A DNA stretch of 64,000 bases from a virus. Taxonomy: Duplodnaviria > Heunggongvirae > Uroviricota > Caudoviricetes. The translations under genes were made by a program, and so were the position numbers. The notes below the pieces were generated by a model. That model worked only from the letters and a program-made list of their open reading frames with translations. It ran no database searches and was not told the DNA's origin. The stretch is taken from positions 1-64,000 of IMG/VR virus record IMGVR_UViG_3300037424_001372; one strand, written 5' to 3'. Shown piece by piece: positions 30,851-40,476 of the stretch (positions are counted from its first letter, which is position 1; each line of letters opens with the position of its first letter).

Positions 30851-31260
30851 TAGTAATTATATTTACGTTCAACAATAACTCTTCTCCACTTATCCGTTTT
30901 ATAATCAATTATCCAAACAGTAATATTAAAGTCCATTGCAATTGTCATTAATTTATCAATGTGAGCATTTTCTTCCTCACCATTAACAATTAATAATACT
31001 CCTGTTTTTTTTTGCGTTACCTTTCCATACAATAGTGATTGACCAATACTTTCGGCCCATTTTTCGGCAAAATCAACTTCAATTGCAAAAGTATCTGTCA
31101 TAATATCGACACGCACATTATGCATTTCTTTTAAAACGACTTCAATTTTACCCTTAATAGCTTCTGCAAAAATTTTTTGATAATAACTTTCTCTTTGTTT
31201 TGTTTGAGAAAATGCTGTTATTGAACAAACTAATAACACTAATAATACAATCTTTTTCAT
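30850..31260 (-). CDS. secreted PD-(D/E)xK-fold-like protein
   Basis: Signal peptide; RVD..AIEVDFA.KW.ESIGQ.L.Y. Confidence 0.55.
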   Translation of the reverse strand: MKKIVLLVLLVCSITAFSQTKQRESYYQKIFAEAIKGKIEVVLKEMHNVRVDIMTDTFAIEVDFAEKWAESIGQSLLYGKVTQKKTGVLLIVNGEEENAHIDKLMTIAMDFNITVWIIDYKTDKWRRVIVERKYNY

Positions 31261-31328
31261 ATGGAAAAAATTTACGCTAAAAATATTATTTTTTACGAAT
31301 TAAAACAAGAATTGTTACAAAAAAAATG

Positions 31329-31411
31329 TATATAAGGTGGGATTCGAACCCACGAACTCCAAAGAGAATGGTTTTGGAGACCATCGCCTTTAACCACTCG
31401 GCAAACTACGT
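31329..31411 (-). tRNA. tRNA-Trp(CCA) with long V arm, weak acceptor stem (possibly degenerate)
   Basis: ATGGT-CTCCAAA-ACCAT; CTC-TTTG-GAG arm. Confidence 0.55.
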
Positions 31412-31418
31412 GTTAAAA

Positions 31419-31898
31419 TTACAAAACATGTAATTTAGTTATTAAATATGAGATAGTTATTGCAATAAACACAATGTTTTCAACCCACCAAATATAATTT
31501 TTTCTACTTAATATGACTGCAAATATTGATAATCCAATTGAAATTAAATTTAGCCATAATAAATGTTGATTAAAATAAATATCTGCTTGTGATGCTAACA
31601 TACCAATAATTGCTGCAGGTAAATGAACTTGTCTTACAAATTTTTCTTTAATTTGAGCCGCAGCACCTACAAAAGCAATTCCAGTACCAGCTAAGAACAT
31701 TAATCCACTTTCTCCCAATATTATAGCTAGAAATGCAAATCCCCAACAAAATAATGTGAATAAAAAATTCCAATTAGTTGGTAAACAATAATAGCTGTTT
31801 GAAATTGATTTTTGAATACCATATTTAGTCCATATTGTAGTAACATAACTCCAATAAATGGTTTGCATGATAATAAATAAAATCCATTGATAATCCAT
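31419..31898 (-). CDS. multi-pass membrane protein
   Basis: About five hydrophobic helices; SISNSYY motif. Confidence 0.7.
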   Translation of the reverse strand: MDYQWILFIIMQTIYWSYVTTIWTKYGIQKSISNSYYCLPTNWNFLFTLFCWGFAFLAIILGESGLMFLAGTGIAFVGAAAQIKEKFVRQVHLPAAIIGMLASQADIYFNQHLLWLNLISIGLSIFAVILSRKNYIWWVENIVFIAITISYLITKLHVL

Positions 31899-31920
31899 AG
31901 TAGTAAGTTTATAATAAATA

Positions 31921-32445
<525 letters not shown>

Positions 32446-32515
32446 GTTATTAACTTTTAACAAAAGTAATGTTTGATAATTAATTTATCGAGATTTTTAA
32501 AAAATTTATAAATTG

Positions 32516-32587
32516 CACGCCTGAGAGGACTCGAACCCCTAACGTCTGGTTTTGGAGACCAGCATTCTACCATTGAATTACAGACGT
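32516..32587 (-). tRNA. tRNA-Trp(CCA)
   Basis: CTGGT-CTCCAAA-ACCAG; G73. Confidence 0.9.
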
Positions 32588-32592
32588 ATATG

Positions 32593-32667
32593 TAGCACAC
32601 ATGGGATTCGAACCCATACCTGTATAGTTTTTGAAACTACTCCCTCTACCCGTTGGGGCACTGTGCT
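32593..32667 (-). tRNA. tRNA-Leu(CAA), short variable loop
   Basis: GTAGT-TTCAAAA-ACTAT; A73. Confidence 0.75.
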
Positions 32668-32670
32668 ATA

Positions 32671-33456
32671 TTAATTATATTTATTATTCCAATTTTCAAT
32701 TCTAATTAATAATTCTTCTAAAGTTATTGAACATCTGAAATTTTTACTAATGTTATCATTATGAATCATTAATCTACAATTTGCAGGATGATTAATTATA
32801 TCTGAACTAATACCATTTTCAAAACCAAATTTTATTGAAATCATATGGTCACGACTAATACCATTTAAATTATCGCCTCTATTTTTAGCTTTATACTAAC
32901 CATATTTTTCAACTAATGTAAAATCGAATTCATTTGGATAATCAGCTAAATTAAATTTACATTCATTATAATATTTCTGATATTCATTAATATTTTTACT
33001 ATCATAAATTCGTTTACAATCTAAAGAACAAAAAACCCGTTTTCGATTCTTATAATTTAATACAGCATTACAATGTTTACAATAATTAGGCGATAAACCA
33101 TATTTGTACATATTTTCTTTAATATTTAACCTTTTTATTATTGCATCATTAATATTTTTTTTAGCTATATCGCTAAAATTTCTTTTACTATTAACTCTAA
33201 TACTATTATTAAATATTGCAGAACATGATTTTGAACAAAATTTTGCATTTTTTTCTGAAGAATAGAAAATATTATTACATTGTGAACAATATTTAGCATT
33301 TTTTTTCTTAAATTCATTATTACATTTTATCGAACAAAAATGTTTTCTTCCTAACTTTTCAGAACGATTATATTCACTCAATGTTTTTTCAAATTCTTTA
33401 TCACAATTTTCACAAGAAATTATAATTAATTTTCTATTATCTTTCCAACTATTCAT
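32671..33456 (-). pseudogene. Zn-finger HNH-like endonuclease with in-frame TAG (32896-32898)
   Basis: FCS..C repeats; frame continues KYG*YKAKNRGDNLNGISRDH..HPANC. Confidence 0.75.
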
Positions 33457-33529
33457 ATTTATAATTTACTATAAATACGTAAATATTTGAAAAATGTGGA
33501 ATACTTCGAATTCGAACTTGTATTATTAG

Positions 33530-33603
33530 TGGAGTCGATGGAGTATGATTCCACAACCTTCTGCTTGCAAAGCAGATGCTCTATCCATTTGAGCTACGAC
33601 CCC
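33530..33603 (-). tRNA. tRNA-Ala(UGC)
   Basis: TCTGC-TTTGCAA-GCAGA; G3:U70; divergent T-loop. Confidence 0.85.
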
Positions 33604-33612
33604 ATGTTATTG

Positions 33613-33699
33613 TATCTTAGGTCGGATTCGAACCGACACGGGCATTCCTGCCCAAGGGATTTTAAGTCCCTCATGTGCTACCAATTTCATCACTAAGAC
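33613..33699 (-). tRNA. tRNA-Leu(UAA)
   Basis: AGGGA-CTTAAAA-TCCCT; long V arm. Confidence 0.9.
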
Positions 33700-33705
33700 A
33701 TTTAG

Positions 33706-33780
33706 TACGAGTGGTGGGAGTCGAACCCACAAATTTCAGTTTCTAAGACTGTTGCCTCTTAACCGTTCGGCTACACTCGC
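33706..33780 (-). tRNA. tRNA-Leu(UAG), short variable loop
   Basis: ACAGT-CTTAGAA-ACTGA. Confidence 0.8.
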
Positions 33781-34271
33781 ATTTCTTTTTCAAGTATTGA
33801 ATGACAATTAGAACAAACAATAATTAAATTATTAAATTCATTATTAAAATGATTTCCATCAATATGATGTAGTTCGATTGGTATTTCTTGTCCTAACCAA
33901 GTATCATTACCACATTTTTCACATTTATGTTTTTTATAACCATCCCTAATTAATTTTAATTTTAATTTATGTGAACTAACATTACTTCCATTATAACAAT
34001 ATTCAAGAGCATTTTTTTTATTAAATGTTCTACCTTTATTAAAAGCACTACCTACAAAATGTGTAAATGAAATATTAAAATCAATTGCTCTTTTTTTTAT
34101 ATGAGTTTGTGAACCTGTCATTGGTTTAACTCCCAATATTCTACAAACATCAGCCCATGTTGTCGAACATTTAATAGCATTTTCTAATTGCTCATTAGTA
34201 TATTTATTTCTCATTAGTATATATGTTTTTATATAAATAGTAATGTGTATACTAAAAAGATTAAATTTCAA
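33771..34271 (-). CDS. HNH homing endonuclease
   Basis: CEKCG..ELHHIDGNHFNN..NL..CSNCH; stop overlaps tRNA-Leu 5' end. Confidence 0.85.
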   Translation of the reverse strand: MKFNLFSIHITIYIKTYILMRNKYTNEQLENAIKCSTTWADVCRILGVKPMTGSQTHIKKRAIDFNISFTHFVGSAFNKGRTFNKKNALEYCYNGSNVSSHKLKLKLIRDGYKKHKCEKCGNDTWLGQEIPIELHHIDGNHFNNEFNNLIIVCSNCHSILEKEMRV

Positions 34272-34297
34272 TATAATTACACAATATTATAATTAAG

Positions 34298-34371
34298 TAC
34301 CCCTAATCAGATTCGAACTGATACATTATACGGTCTTAACGTATTGCCTCTGCCAATTGGACTATAGGGGC
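34298..34371 (-). tRNA. tRNA-Leu(AAG), short variable loop
   Basis: ATACG-TTAAGAC-CGTAT. Confidence 0.75.
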
Positions 34372-34385
34372 GTATTATAAATTAG

Positions 34386-34475
34386 CATGAGCAGGGGGAT
34401 TCGAACCTAATTGCTATAGTCATCCCATTTTTCCTCTCGGACGAGGAACGTCTTACCACGTTAGACGATGCCCAT
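34386..34475 (-). tRNA. degenerate tRNA, Asp/Glu-like body, anticodon undetermined
   Basis: ATGGGCA/TGCTCAT acceptor, G73, irregular anticodon loop, poor T-stem. Confidence 0.4.
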
Positions 34476-34482
34476 ATTTTAG

Positions 34483-34557
34483 TGCTTTCTATTGGAGTCG
34501 AACCAATGACTTCCACATTGTAAGAGCGACACTCTAAACCAACTGAGTTAAGAAAGC
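34483..34557 (-). tRNA. tRNA-Val(UAC), weak anticodon stem
   Basis: CTTACAA loop; GCTTTCT acceptor. Confidence 0.7.
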
Positions 34558-34566
34558 AAATAATAG

Positions 34567-34639
34567 TACATCTGATAGGACTCGAACCTATGGTGTCTTG
34601 TTTGTAATACAAGTGCTTTTGCCACTAAGCTACAGATGC
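34567..34639 (-). tRNA. tRNA-Val(UAC)
   Basis: CTTGT-ATTACAA-ACAAG. Confidence 0.85.
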
Positions 34640-34709
34640 ATGTAGGGTGGTGTAGTAGCGAACATCACCACCCTAGATAGCCGAAGCTATAACGGTCCTA
34701 AACCGTATG

Positions 34710-34781
34710 TATTCGGACGGGGAATCGAACCCCGATTTTTGGGATGAAAACCCAACTTCCTTGCCGTTAGAAGACCCGAAC
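34710..34781 (-). tRNA. tRNA-Glu(UUC)
   Basis: TTGGG-TTTTCAT-CCCAA. Confidence 0.85.
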
Positions 34782-34784
34782 ATA

Positions 34785-35558
34785 TTATTTTTCATATCTA
34801 AATTTCCAACTTCTAATTGTATTATCACTGACCTTATATTTATAACCAGCACCTCGATATCCCAATTCACTAATATCTTTAATTAATTGCTCATAAGATG
34901 GTTTAATTTGATTTTTTACAAATCTACCTAACTTCCATCCATTATTTAAATATACATTTAAATCAATTTTATTTATTTTTTTATCTAATTCATTTTTAAA
35001 TACCCAACAAGTACCAAATTGTGAATTATTTTCTTTAATTCCTCTACCACGATGAGATATACTCATTTTATTTTTAGATTCATCAGTATGTTTTTTATTG
35101 GTGAATGTATTATATTTTAATACACCATCAATATGCATTTTTTTAAATCTATTACTTGCTCTTTTTTTATGATTTTCAATAAAATTAGGGTCTAACCAAA
35201 GTTTATTTAAAAAATTTGTTGAACCTTCTCTAATTTTTTTAATAGATTCTTCACACAACCCATTAAGACCACCTTCACCACCCAATTTCAAATTCATACA
35301 CATTGGGTCTTTTAATGTATTTTCATTAACCAATTCCTTTTCAGCCTCTTTTAATAATTTTCGTGATTCAAAATATTTAAGAATTTCAAATATGTGATTT
35401 TCTTTACCATATTTATTTATTGAATACCACAATCTTTTTCCACTTCCATAATAACCATCATTAATATTATTAGTACTATGCATGCCATAATAATAACGAT
35501 TATTTATATTATTAGTTATTTTATATAAATAATTAAATTTTCTTTCACTTCTTGCCTT
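34785..35558 (-). pseudogene. GIY-YIG/NUMOD3 homing endonuclease, start codon apparently mutated
   Basis: Frame open upstream of the track ORF: (AAG)ARSERKFNYLYKITN..YYYGMHST; NUMOD3 KKHTDESKNKMS. Confidence 0.65.
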
Positions 35559-35603
35559 CTTAATATTTTTTATAAATACTAAGATGGTACAAAAAGTTCA
35601 AGG

Positions 35604-35678
35604 TAGTGCCAACGGGGTTCGAACCCGCACATGACCAGTTTGAAGGACTGGTGACTTAACCAGTTTGCCAATAGCACC
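35604..35678 (-). tRNA. tRNA-Glu(UUC)
   Basis: CCAGT-CCTTCAA-ACTGG (C33). Confidence 0.8.
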
Positions 35679-35680
35679 AT

Positions 35681-36292
35681 TTATATTGTTTTTAAATTAA
35701 TGAAAAGTTCATAACCTAAAACATTTAAAATTTTAATTAAATTATTAATAGTAACATTTGATTTATTTAATTCAATTGTTTTTATTGTTCGTAAACTAAC
35801 TTCTGAAATATTAGATAGTTGTTGTTGTGTAATATTTAATATTTTACGTCTTCTTTTTATTAAAGAACCAATATCAGATTCATTTCCAAATTTCATTAAT
35901 GAATTATTTAATTGTTCCATTAATATTTTTTCTCTATATTCTATTTGTTGTTTTAATTTTTCATTATAATTATTCAAATTATTATTATATGAATCAGTAA
36001 TTAAGTAATTAAATAAATCATGATTATCATTTAATAATTTTCCAACCCAATATTTTTCTTTATCAACTAATTGTGTCCAATCAGAAACATTTTCTAATAC
36101 AATAACAGTTGGTGTATAATCATTCATTTTAAGTTCATTAATCCAATCATTTACTAATGGATTGTGTGAATGTGTTAAATGTGATTCAGCTCTTTTAACT
36201 CCGTTAATAGATTTACCAACATATTTAAATTCATCTGTTCTAGGGTCTTTTAAACCATAAATAATATTTTCATTCATAAACATTTTTAACAT
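35681..36292 (-). CDS. GIY-YIG domain fused to XRE helix-turn-helix
   Basis: IYGLKDPR..YVGKS; RRKILNITQQQLS..VSLRTI..IE. Confidence 0.75.
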   Translation of the reverse strand: MLKMFMNENIIYGLKDPRTDEFKYVGKSINGVKRAESHLTHSHNPLVNDWINELKMNDYTPTVIVLENVSDWTQLVDKEKYWVGKLLNDNHDLFNYLITDSYNNNLNNYNEKLKQQIEYREKILMEQLNNSLMKFGNESDIGSLIKRRRKILNITQQQLSNISEVSLRTIKTIELNKSNVTINNLIKILNVLGYELFINLKTI

Positions 36293-36461
36293 AAATACTA
36301 ATAATGTTTATTAAAAGTGCTATATAATATACGATTTTTTTTTTATTTAAATGACGAACTATTATTTTACTGTTAAAACAGTATTTTAATTTTTATTATA
36401 ACTAAATAATATAATATATTGCACTTTTACTTAAAAATTACTGGTTTAGCAGTAATTTTAG

Positions 36462-36534
36462 CACTCCCGATGGGACTCGAACCCACATAACCCGCATAGA
36501 CAGTGCGGTCGGCAACCTTTGCCACCACAGGGGT
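36462..36534 (-). tRNA. tRNA-Asp(GUC)
   Basis: CCGCA-CTGTCTA-TGCGG; G73. Confidence 0.75.
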
Positions 36535-36549
36535 GTTTAATAACTAGGG

Positions 36550-36621
36550 CGGTCTATGCGAGACTCGAACTCGCTTCTCATGGCTGACAACCACAAAGGA
36601 TAACCCATACCCTAATAGACC
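36550..36621 (-). tRNA. tRNA-Asp(GUC)
   Basis: GTGG-TTGTCAG-CCAT; G73. Confidence 0.7.
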
Positions 36622-36633
36622 AATTTTCCCAAT

Positions 36634-36645
36634 ATGTCAAAGAAC
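36634..36645 (-). promoter_or_regulatory. boxA-like antitermination signal
   Basis: GTTCTTTGACAT; similar at 38428-38438, 19475-19486 and 19143-19153. Confidence 0.6.
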
Positions 36646-36656
36646 GTAACTTCTAT

Positions 36657-36699
36657 AAAAAAAAAGAACCCGACTCGTTTTAGTTAGTCGGGTTCTTTT
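36657..36699 (-). terminator. attenuator terminator of tRNA operon 2
   Basis: AAAAGAACCCGACT-loop-AGTCGGGTTCTTTTTTTTT; competing strand TGTCGGGT at 36733-36740. Confidence 0.85.
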
Positions 36700-36720
36700 A
36701 TTATAAAAGAAAGGAGTGTG

Positions 36721-36831
36721 TTATTTCACATTACCCGACAAAGTATAGTAATCCTCGTCTGCCCATAAAAGAGCATCTACCACTAACATGGCTTCAAGGA
36801 CTAATGATAATATGTCTAGTAATTTTTTCAT
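36721..36831 (-). CDS. leader peptide 2 (36 aa), MKKLLDILSLVLEAMLVVDALLWADEDYYTLSGNVK
   Basis: Between promoter and terminator; composition matches downstream tRNAs. Confidence 0.82.
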   Translation of the reverse strand: MKKLLDILSLVLEAMLVVDALLWADEDYYTLSGNVK

Positions 36832-36874
36832 CTTGATTTTATTTAAATCTGTTTGTTTCTATCTAAATACGTAG

Positions 36875-36905
36875 CAAAGTTATAAAATGTTACAACAACT
36901 GCAAA
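36875..36905 (-). promoter_or_regulatory. Bacteroidota primary-sigma promoter of tRNA operon 2
   Basis: TTTG-N19-TAACTTTG; near-identical to the operon 1 promoter. Confidence 0.8.
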
Positions 36906-36912
36906 CTTTTTT

Positions 36913-37335
36913 TCAAATATTTTTATCTTTTTTTATTGTTGGTGTTATAACTATCTGATAATCATTAATTTCATATGTTTTAAATAATGACATAATGTTC
37001 ATAGTTCCGTATGGATTCATTGAATGTACCATGATATTTGTGGGTACGTCTAATTTATTATCCATACAATAATCAATAAGCCATTTAGCACAATGATAAC
37101 CAGTTTTTTCATATGTTTCATCATTGTAATCGAAATTTTGCTTTTTATAATGTATATCAGCAAGGTCATGGTCAAATGAAATAATATTTGGTAAACCTTT
37201 GCTTTGAATAATATTAATGAATGCAAAATAATTTCGTACTATATGCCATTTTTCATCCATATATATTGGAAGATGCATATACTTGAAAGCATCTTTAGGC
37301 ATTCTGTAATCGTCAAGAAATGGATTATAGCTCAT
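36913..37335 (-). CDS. cyclic-phosphate processing receiver-domain protein
   Basis: FLDDYRMP..ISFDHDL..TGYHCAKWL..VHSMNPYG. Confidence 0.75.
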   Translation of the reverse strand: MSYNPFLDDYRMPKDAFKYMHLPIYMDEKWHIVRNYFAFINIIQSKGLPNIISFDHDLADIHYKKQNFDYNDETYEKTGYHCAKWLIDYCMDNKLDVPTNIMVHSMNPYGTMNIMSLFKTYEINDYQIVITPTIKKDKNI

Positions 37336-37470
37336 TATTATCTTTTTTAATTATTATTTTATCAACATTTCTACGAACTTTAGAAGTATATTTTTTACCT
37401 CTTTTTTTCATATGTGTACACCATTCACCATTAAGGAACGAATTTTCTTTATGTCCAACTCTTAATTTGC

Positions 37471-37704
37471 TTATAACATGATTTTATTATCTCTAGCAAA
37501 AACTTGAATATAATGTTTCAAATTTTTAATCATTTCTTCTTTAGTGAGATTTTCATCAACATCTTTTAATGATGAATAAATTTCTCGAAGAAATTCAATT
37601 AATTCTGTTTGTTTATTATAATTCAATTCAAATTGTAAATCAATTAATTTTGATTTTAAATCTTCATTTTCTTCTTGAAGTTTATCAATTAATTCTTCCG
37701 ACAT
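37471..37704 (-). CDS. coiled-coil hypothetical protein
   Basis: ECF-type promoter at 37725-37749. Confidence 0.6.
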   Translation of the reverse strand: MSEELIDKLQEENEDLKSKLIDLQFELNYNKQTELIEFLREIYSSLKDVDENLTKEEMIKNLKHYIQVFARDNKIML

Positions 37705-37799
37705 GATTTATAATTTTTAGATGATACGTTATTTATTGAAAAATGTTTCAATTATTATTGAATTTTTCTATAAATACTTTAATTAAAAGTAATTGAGTG

Positions 37800-37882
37800 T
37801 TGTCCCCACAGGATTCGAACCTGTAAACCCTAATGGGTGTCTGCTTCAAAGACAGATGCAATAACCATTCTGCCAGAGGACA
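37800..37882 (-). tRNA. tRNA-Gln(UUG), extended variable arm
   Basis: TCTGT-CTTTGAA-GCAGA; ACCC-ATTA-GGGT arm; U1-A72. Confidence 0.8.
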
Positions 37883-37934
37883 ATTTTAAATTTTGCAATT
37901 TTAATTGAAATATAATCATTATCGCAAAATATAG

Positions 37935-38008
37935 CAGTCTCGGTAGGATTCGAACCTACATTCTTCTGATTCAGAGTCAGGGGCGTTAGCCAATTGCGCT
38001 ACGAGACT
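37935..38008 (-). tRNA. tRNA-Gln(CUG)
   Basis: CCTGA-CTCTGAA-TCAGA. Confidence 0.85.
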
Positions 38009-38138
38009 ATATACCTTTTATGACTAGACTTTTACTAGCAATTGAGTGTATCAGAACACTACCCTCGTCCCACATTGTTTACAGTTCTCTAAGTGAACCA
38101 CGAGTGACTTCTTATATCATCCACATAAAAGGATTTAG

Positions 38139-38214
38139 GGTGAAAGACGGGACTCGAACCCGCAAATTCCTGATTCACAGTCAGGCAAGTCTAACCAATT
38201 CCTTTACAATCACC
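38139..38214 (-). tRNA. tRNA-His(GUG)
   Basis: CCTGA-CTGTGAA-TCAGG; G-1:C73. Confidence 0.8.
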
Positions 38215-38224
38215 ATTTAAATAG

Positions 38225-38299
38225 TCGGGATGGCAGGATTCGAACCTGCGAGTTCTCTTGCTTCCAATGCAAGCGGGGTGACCTCTCCCCAACATCCCG
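38225..38299 (-). tRNA. tRNA-Pro(UGG)
   Basis: CTTGC-ATTGGAA-GCAAG; C1:G72, A73. Confidence 0.85.
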
Positions 38300-38331
38300 A
38301 AATATTGTCCCTAATATACATATTTGAGACA

Positions 38332-38408
38332 TGGGGTGAACGATGGGACTCGAACCCACAACTATCAGAACCACAATCTGACGTTCTACCAATTGAACTA
38401 CGTCCACC
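38332..38408 (-). tRNA. tRNA-His(GUG), encoded CCA
   Basis: TCAGA-TTGTGGT-TCTGA; G-1:C73. Confidence 0.9.
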
Positions 38409-38447
38409 ATTTGTTATAAAACCAACTTTTCAAAGAACATTATTTTG

Positions 38448-38543
38448 TCAGGAATGTGGGATTCGAACCCACGGATGACAACGCCTTTGTGTCATCGCTG
38501 GTTTCCAAGACCAGCAGCTTAAACATTACTCGACCGCTTCCTG
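38448..38543 (-). tRNA. tRNA-Pro(UGG) with very long variable arm
   Basis: CTGGT-CTTGGAA-ACCAG; GATGACA..TGTCATC arm; C1:G72, A73. Confidence 0.7.
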
Positions 38544-38553
38544 TTATTTGTTG

Positions 38554-38626
38554 TAGGGATGACGAGGCTCGAACTCGCATAATTCCCGCTTCCAATGCGG
38601 GTCGTCTCCCAATTGACTTCACCACT
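38554..38626 (-). tRNA. tRNA-Pro(UGG), divergent
   Basis: CCCGC-ATTGGAA-GCGGG. Confidence 0.65.
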
Positions 38627-38638
38627 CTATATTTTTTG

Positions 38639-38709
38639 TTGTCCTCAGAGGATTCGGACCTCTACGCCAACAGTCAAAGTGTTGTGTGCTACCATTACAC
38701 TAGAGGACA
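38639..38709 (-). tRNA. tRNA-Gln(UUG)
   Basis: CAACA-CTTTGAC-TGTTG; U1-A72. Confidence 0.85.
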
Positions 38710-38748
38710 ATAAAAAACCCACTCTTTTCAGAATGGGTTTTTTATTGT
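38707..38748 (-). terminator. attenuator terminator of tRNA operon 3
   Basis: ACAATAAAAAACCCATTC-TGAAAA-GAGTGGGTTTTTTATTGT; competing strand GAATGGG..TATTGTT at 38789-38807. Confidence 0.85.
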
Positions 38749-38764
38749 TTTTCAAGTGAGGTAT

Positions 38765-38893
38765 TTATCCCCAAGATTCTTCATGATTAACAATAGGATT
38801 CCCATTCACCATCCTTTGTGGATGTTGTGGTTGTTGGGGCTGATGCATTACTACTATTTCCATTGTTTCTTTTTTTAAAAATCGTTTCTTCAT
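38765..38893 (-). CDS. leader peptide 3 (42 aa), MKKRFLKKETMEIVVMHQPQQPQHPQRMVNGNPIVNHEESWG
   Basis: Ten consecutive His/Gln/Pro codons upstream of eight Gln/Pro/His tRNAs. Confidence 0.88.
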   Translation of the reverse strand: MKKRFLKKETMEIVVMHQPQQPQHPQRMVNGNPIVNHEESWG

Positions 38894-38941
38894 TTTTTAA
38901 GTTTTAGATAAATTTATTACCCTTGACTTATAAATACGATG

Positions 38942-38972
38942 CAAATATACTAATTGCTATCATAATAGCAAA
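38942..38972 (-). promoter_or_regulatory. Bacteroidota primary-sigma promoter of tRNA operon 3, with adjacent late motif
   Basis: TTTG-N19-TATATTTG then GTATTTATA. Confidence 0.8.
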
Positions 38973-39153
38973 TTTTTTTAAAAAATTATTTATTATTTAA
39001 CACATTGTATTTATCTGGCTCAAATGTTTGTCAAAATCAATATTTTATATTCTTCTTACTGGCATGACAATTATATTACATTCAATAACTAAAAATATTT
39101 TGGAATTATTGTAATAAAGAATAAGAAATTACATTTCAAACTTTTATGTTGAT

Positions 39154-39345
39154 TCATGTATTGATTCTACTTTTTAAATCGTTAATATATTCTTCAGCTT
39201 CTCTAGCTAATCTGGCATCAACATTCCATAGTGTTTCTAACCATGCAGGTTCATTATTTTCAACGAATATTTCTTCATTTATTGTCATACTGCCTACTTT
39301 ATGCATCATTTCAAAAAGCATTTTTTTATTATTAATAGATTTCAT
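39154..39345 (-). CDS. small protein with K.LFEMM.KV..INE N-terminus
   Basis: N-terminus similar to ORF 42430. Confidence 0.55.
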   Translation of the reverse strand: MKSINNKKMLFEMMHKVGSMTINEEIFVENNEPAWLETLWNVDARLAREAEEYINDLKSRINT

Positions 39346-39435
39346 ATTTAATAATTAATTTTTCCAATATTATTTTTATATTAAATTTTGTATTACATTC
39401 TCTATAATTGTTTGGACTTTATTTCTCTACTCGTT

Positions 39436-40023
39436 TTAGCAATATGAAATATTACGAATATTATCTTTCATTTCACTTGTTCTAATTGGAAGGCTTTCAG
39501 ATTCAATATAATTTTGAATAAAATGACGAATGAGCAATGTTTGAATTCTTGATGGAGCATTATCAAATGCAATAAATTTAATTTCATCACCTTCCATGTT
39601 CCACATACTTACAAAAATATCATTCCATTCAAACGAATCGAACCATTTATCTGTTTGAGGTTCATTGTGATAATTACCAACATCTTCTTTACCATCAACA
39701 TTAGCATATATATTATCGCCTTTAAAAAGTATGTTAAATTTTACAGGTTCTTTTGTCGAATCATATAAATAAGCAATATCGATGGCATATTCTAAAGATA
39801 TATTATTGTTATCACCAATTTCCCAATTACCTGAAACATATGATTCTGTTTTTTTTAGAACTTTAACATTATTTTTATTCAAAAGTGAATCACAAATAAA
39901 TTGTTTTTGCAAATCTTCATTTAACAACAATTCATTAGCTTCTTGTTCTTTAAGAAATCTATCGTTACTAAGAAAATCAAATTTAGATACTTCTTCTTTA
40001 ACTATTTTAAGTATGTTTATCAT
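39436..40023 (-). CDS. late protein with IVKEE N-terminus
   Basis: Late motif at about 40047. Confidence 0.7.
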   Translation of the reverse strand: MINILKIVKEEVSKFDFLSNDRFLKEQEANELLLNEDLQKQFICDSLLNKNNVKVLKKTESYVSGNWEIGDNNNISLEYAIDIAYLYDSTKEPVKFNILFKGDNIYANVDGKEDVGNYHNEPQTDKWFDSFEWNDIFVSMWNMEGDEIKFIAFDNAPSRIQTLLIRHFIQNYIESESLPIRTSEMKDNIRNISYC

Positions 40024-40085
40024 AAATTTAAATAAGAATTTCGATCATAAATACTATTAAAAAAGTATTGTAAATAATAATATAA

Positions 40086-40289
40086 TCACCATTTACCTAA
40101 ATAACATACAGATTTAAGACTTCTTACTTTTGCGGGCATAAAGCATCCACACAATGCACATGTATTAGTCTTAGTTAATTTAGGACACTCGACACATATT
40201 GTAATACGTTTTTTTGCAGTTTCCTCTACTTCAGGACTTGGAAATGTGTAATTTTTCCAACCATTATATATTTCATTTAATTTGCTCAT
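40086..40289 (-). CDS. small Cys-rich protein (DUF6171-like)
   Basis: R..IC..CP..C..CGCFM.AK..C..GKW. Confidence 0.7.
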   Translation of the reverse strand: MSKLNEIYNGWKNYTFPSPEVEETAKKRITICVECPKLTKTNTCALCGCFMPAKVRSLKSVCYLGKW

Positions 40290-40476
40290 ATATTTTTAAA
40301 CTTTTTACTTAAGATCGTAAGTCGTCAATTTGTTGACCTGAATCATTAAGAATTAATTTTTGTTGTTCATCATACGGATAATTTTTAATAAAATCAACAT
40401 TAACAGGAAAAAAACTTCCATTTAATATGATTATTATTAGCATTATCGTCATTTTTTTTCAAAAATATTATTCATG

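Noticed and set aside
32593-32667. Possible UCA opal suppressor tRNA
   Set aside because: Stem register GTAGT/ACTAT centres CAA in the 7-nt loop, so it is Leu.
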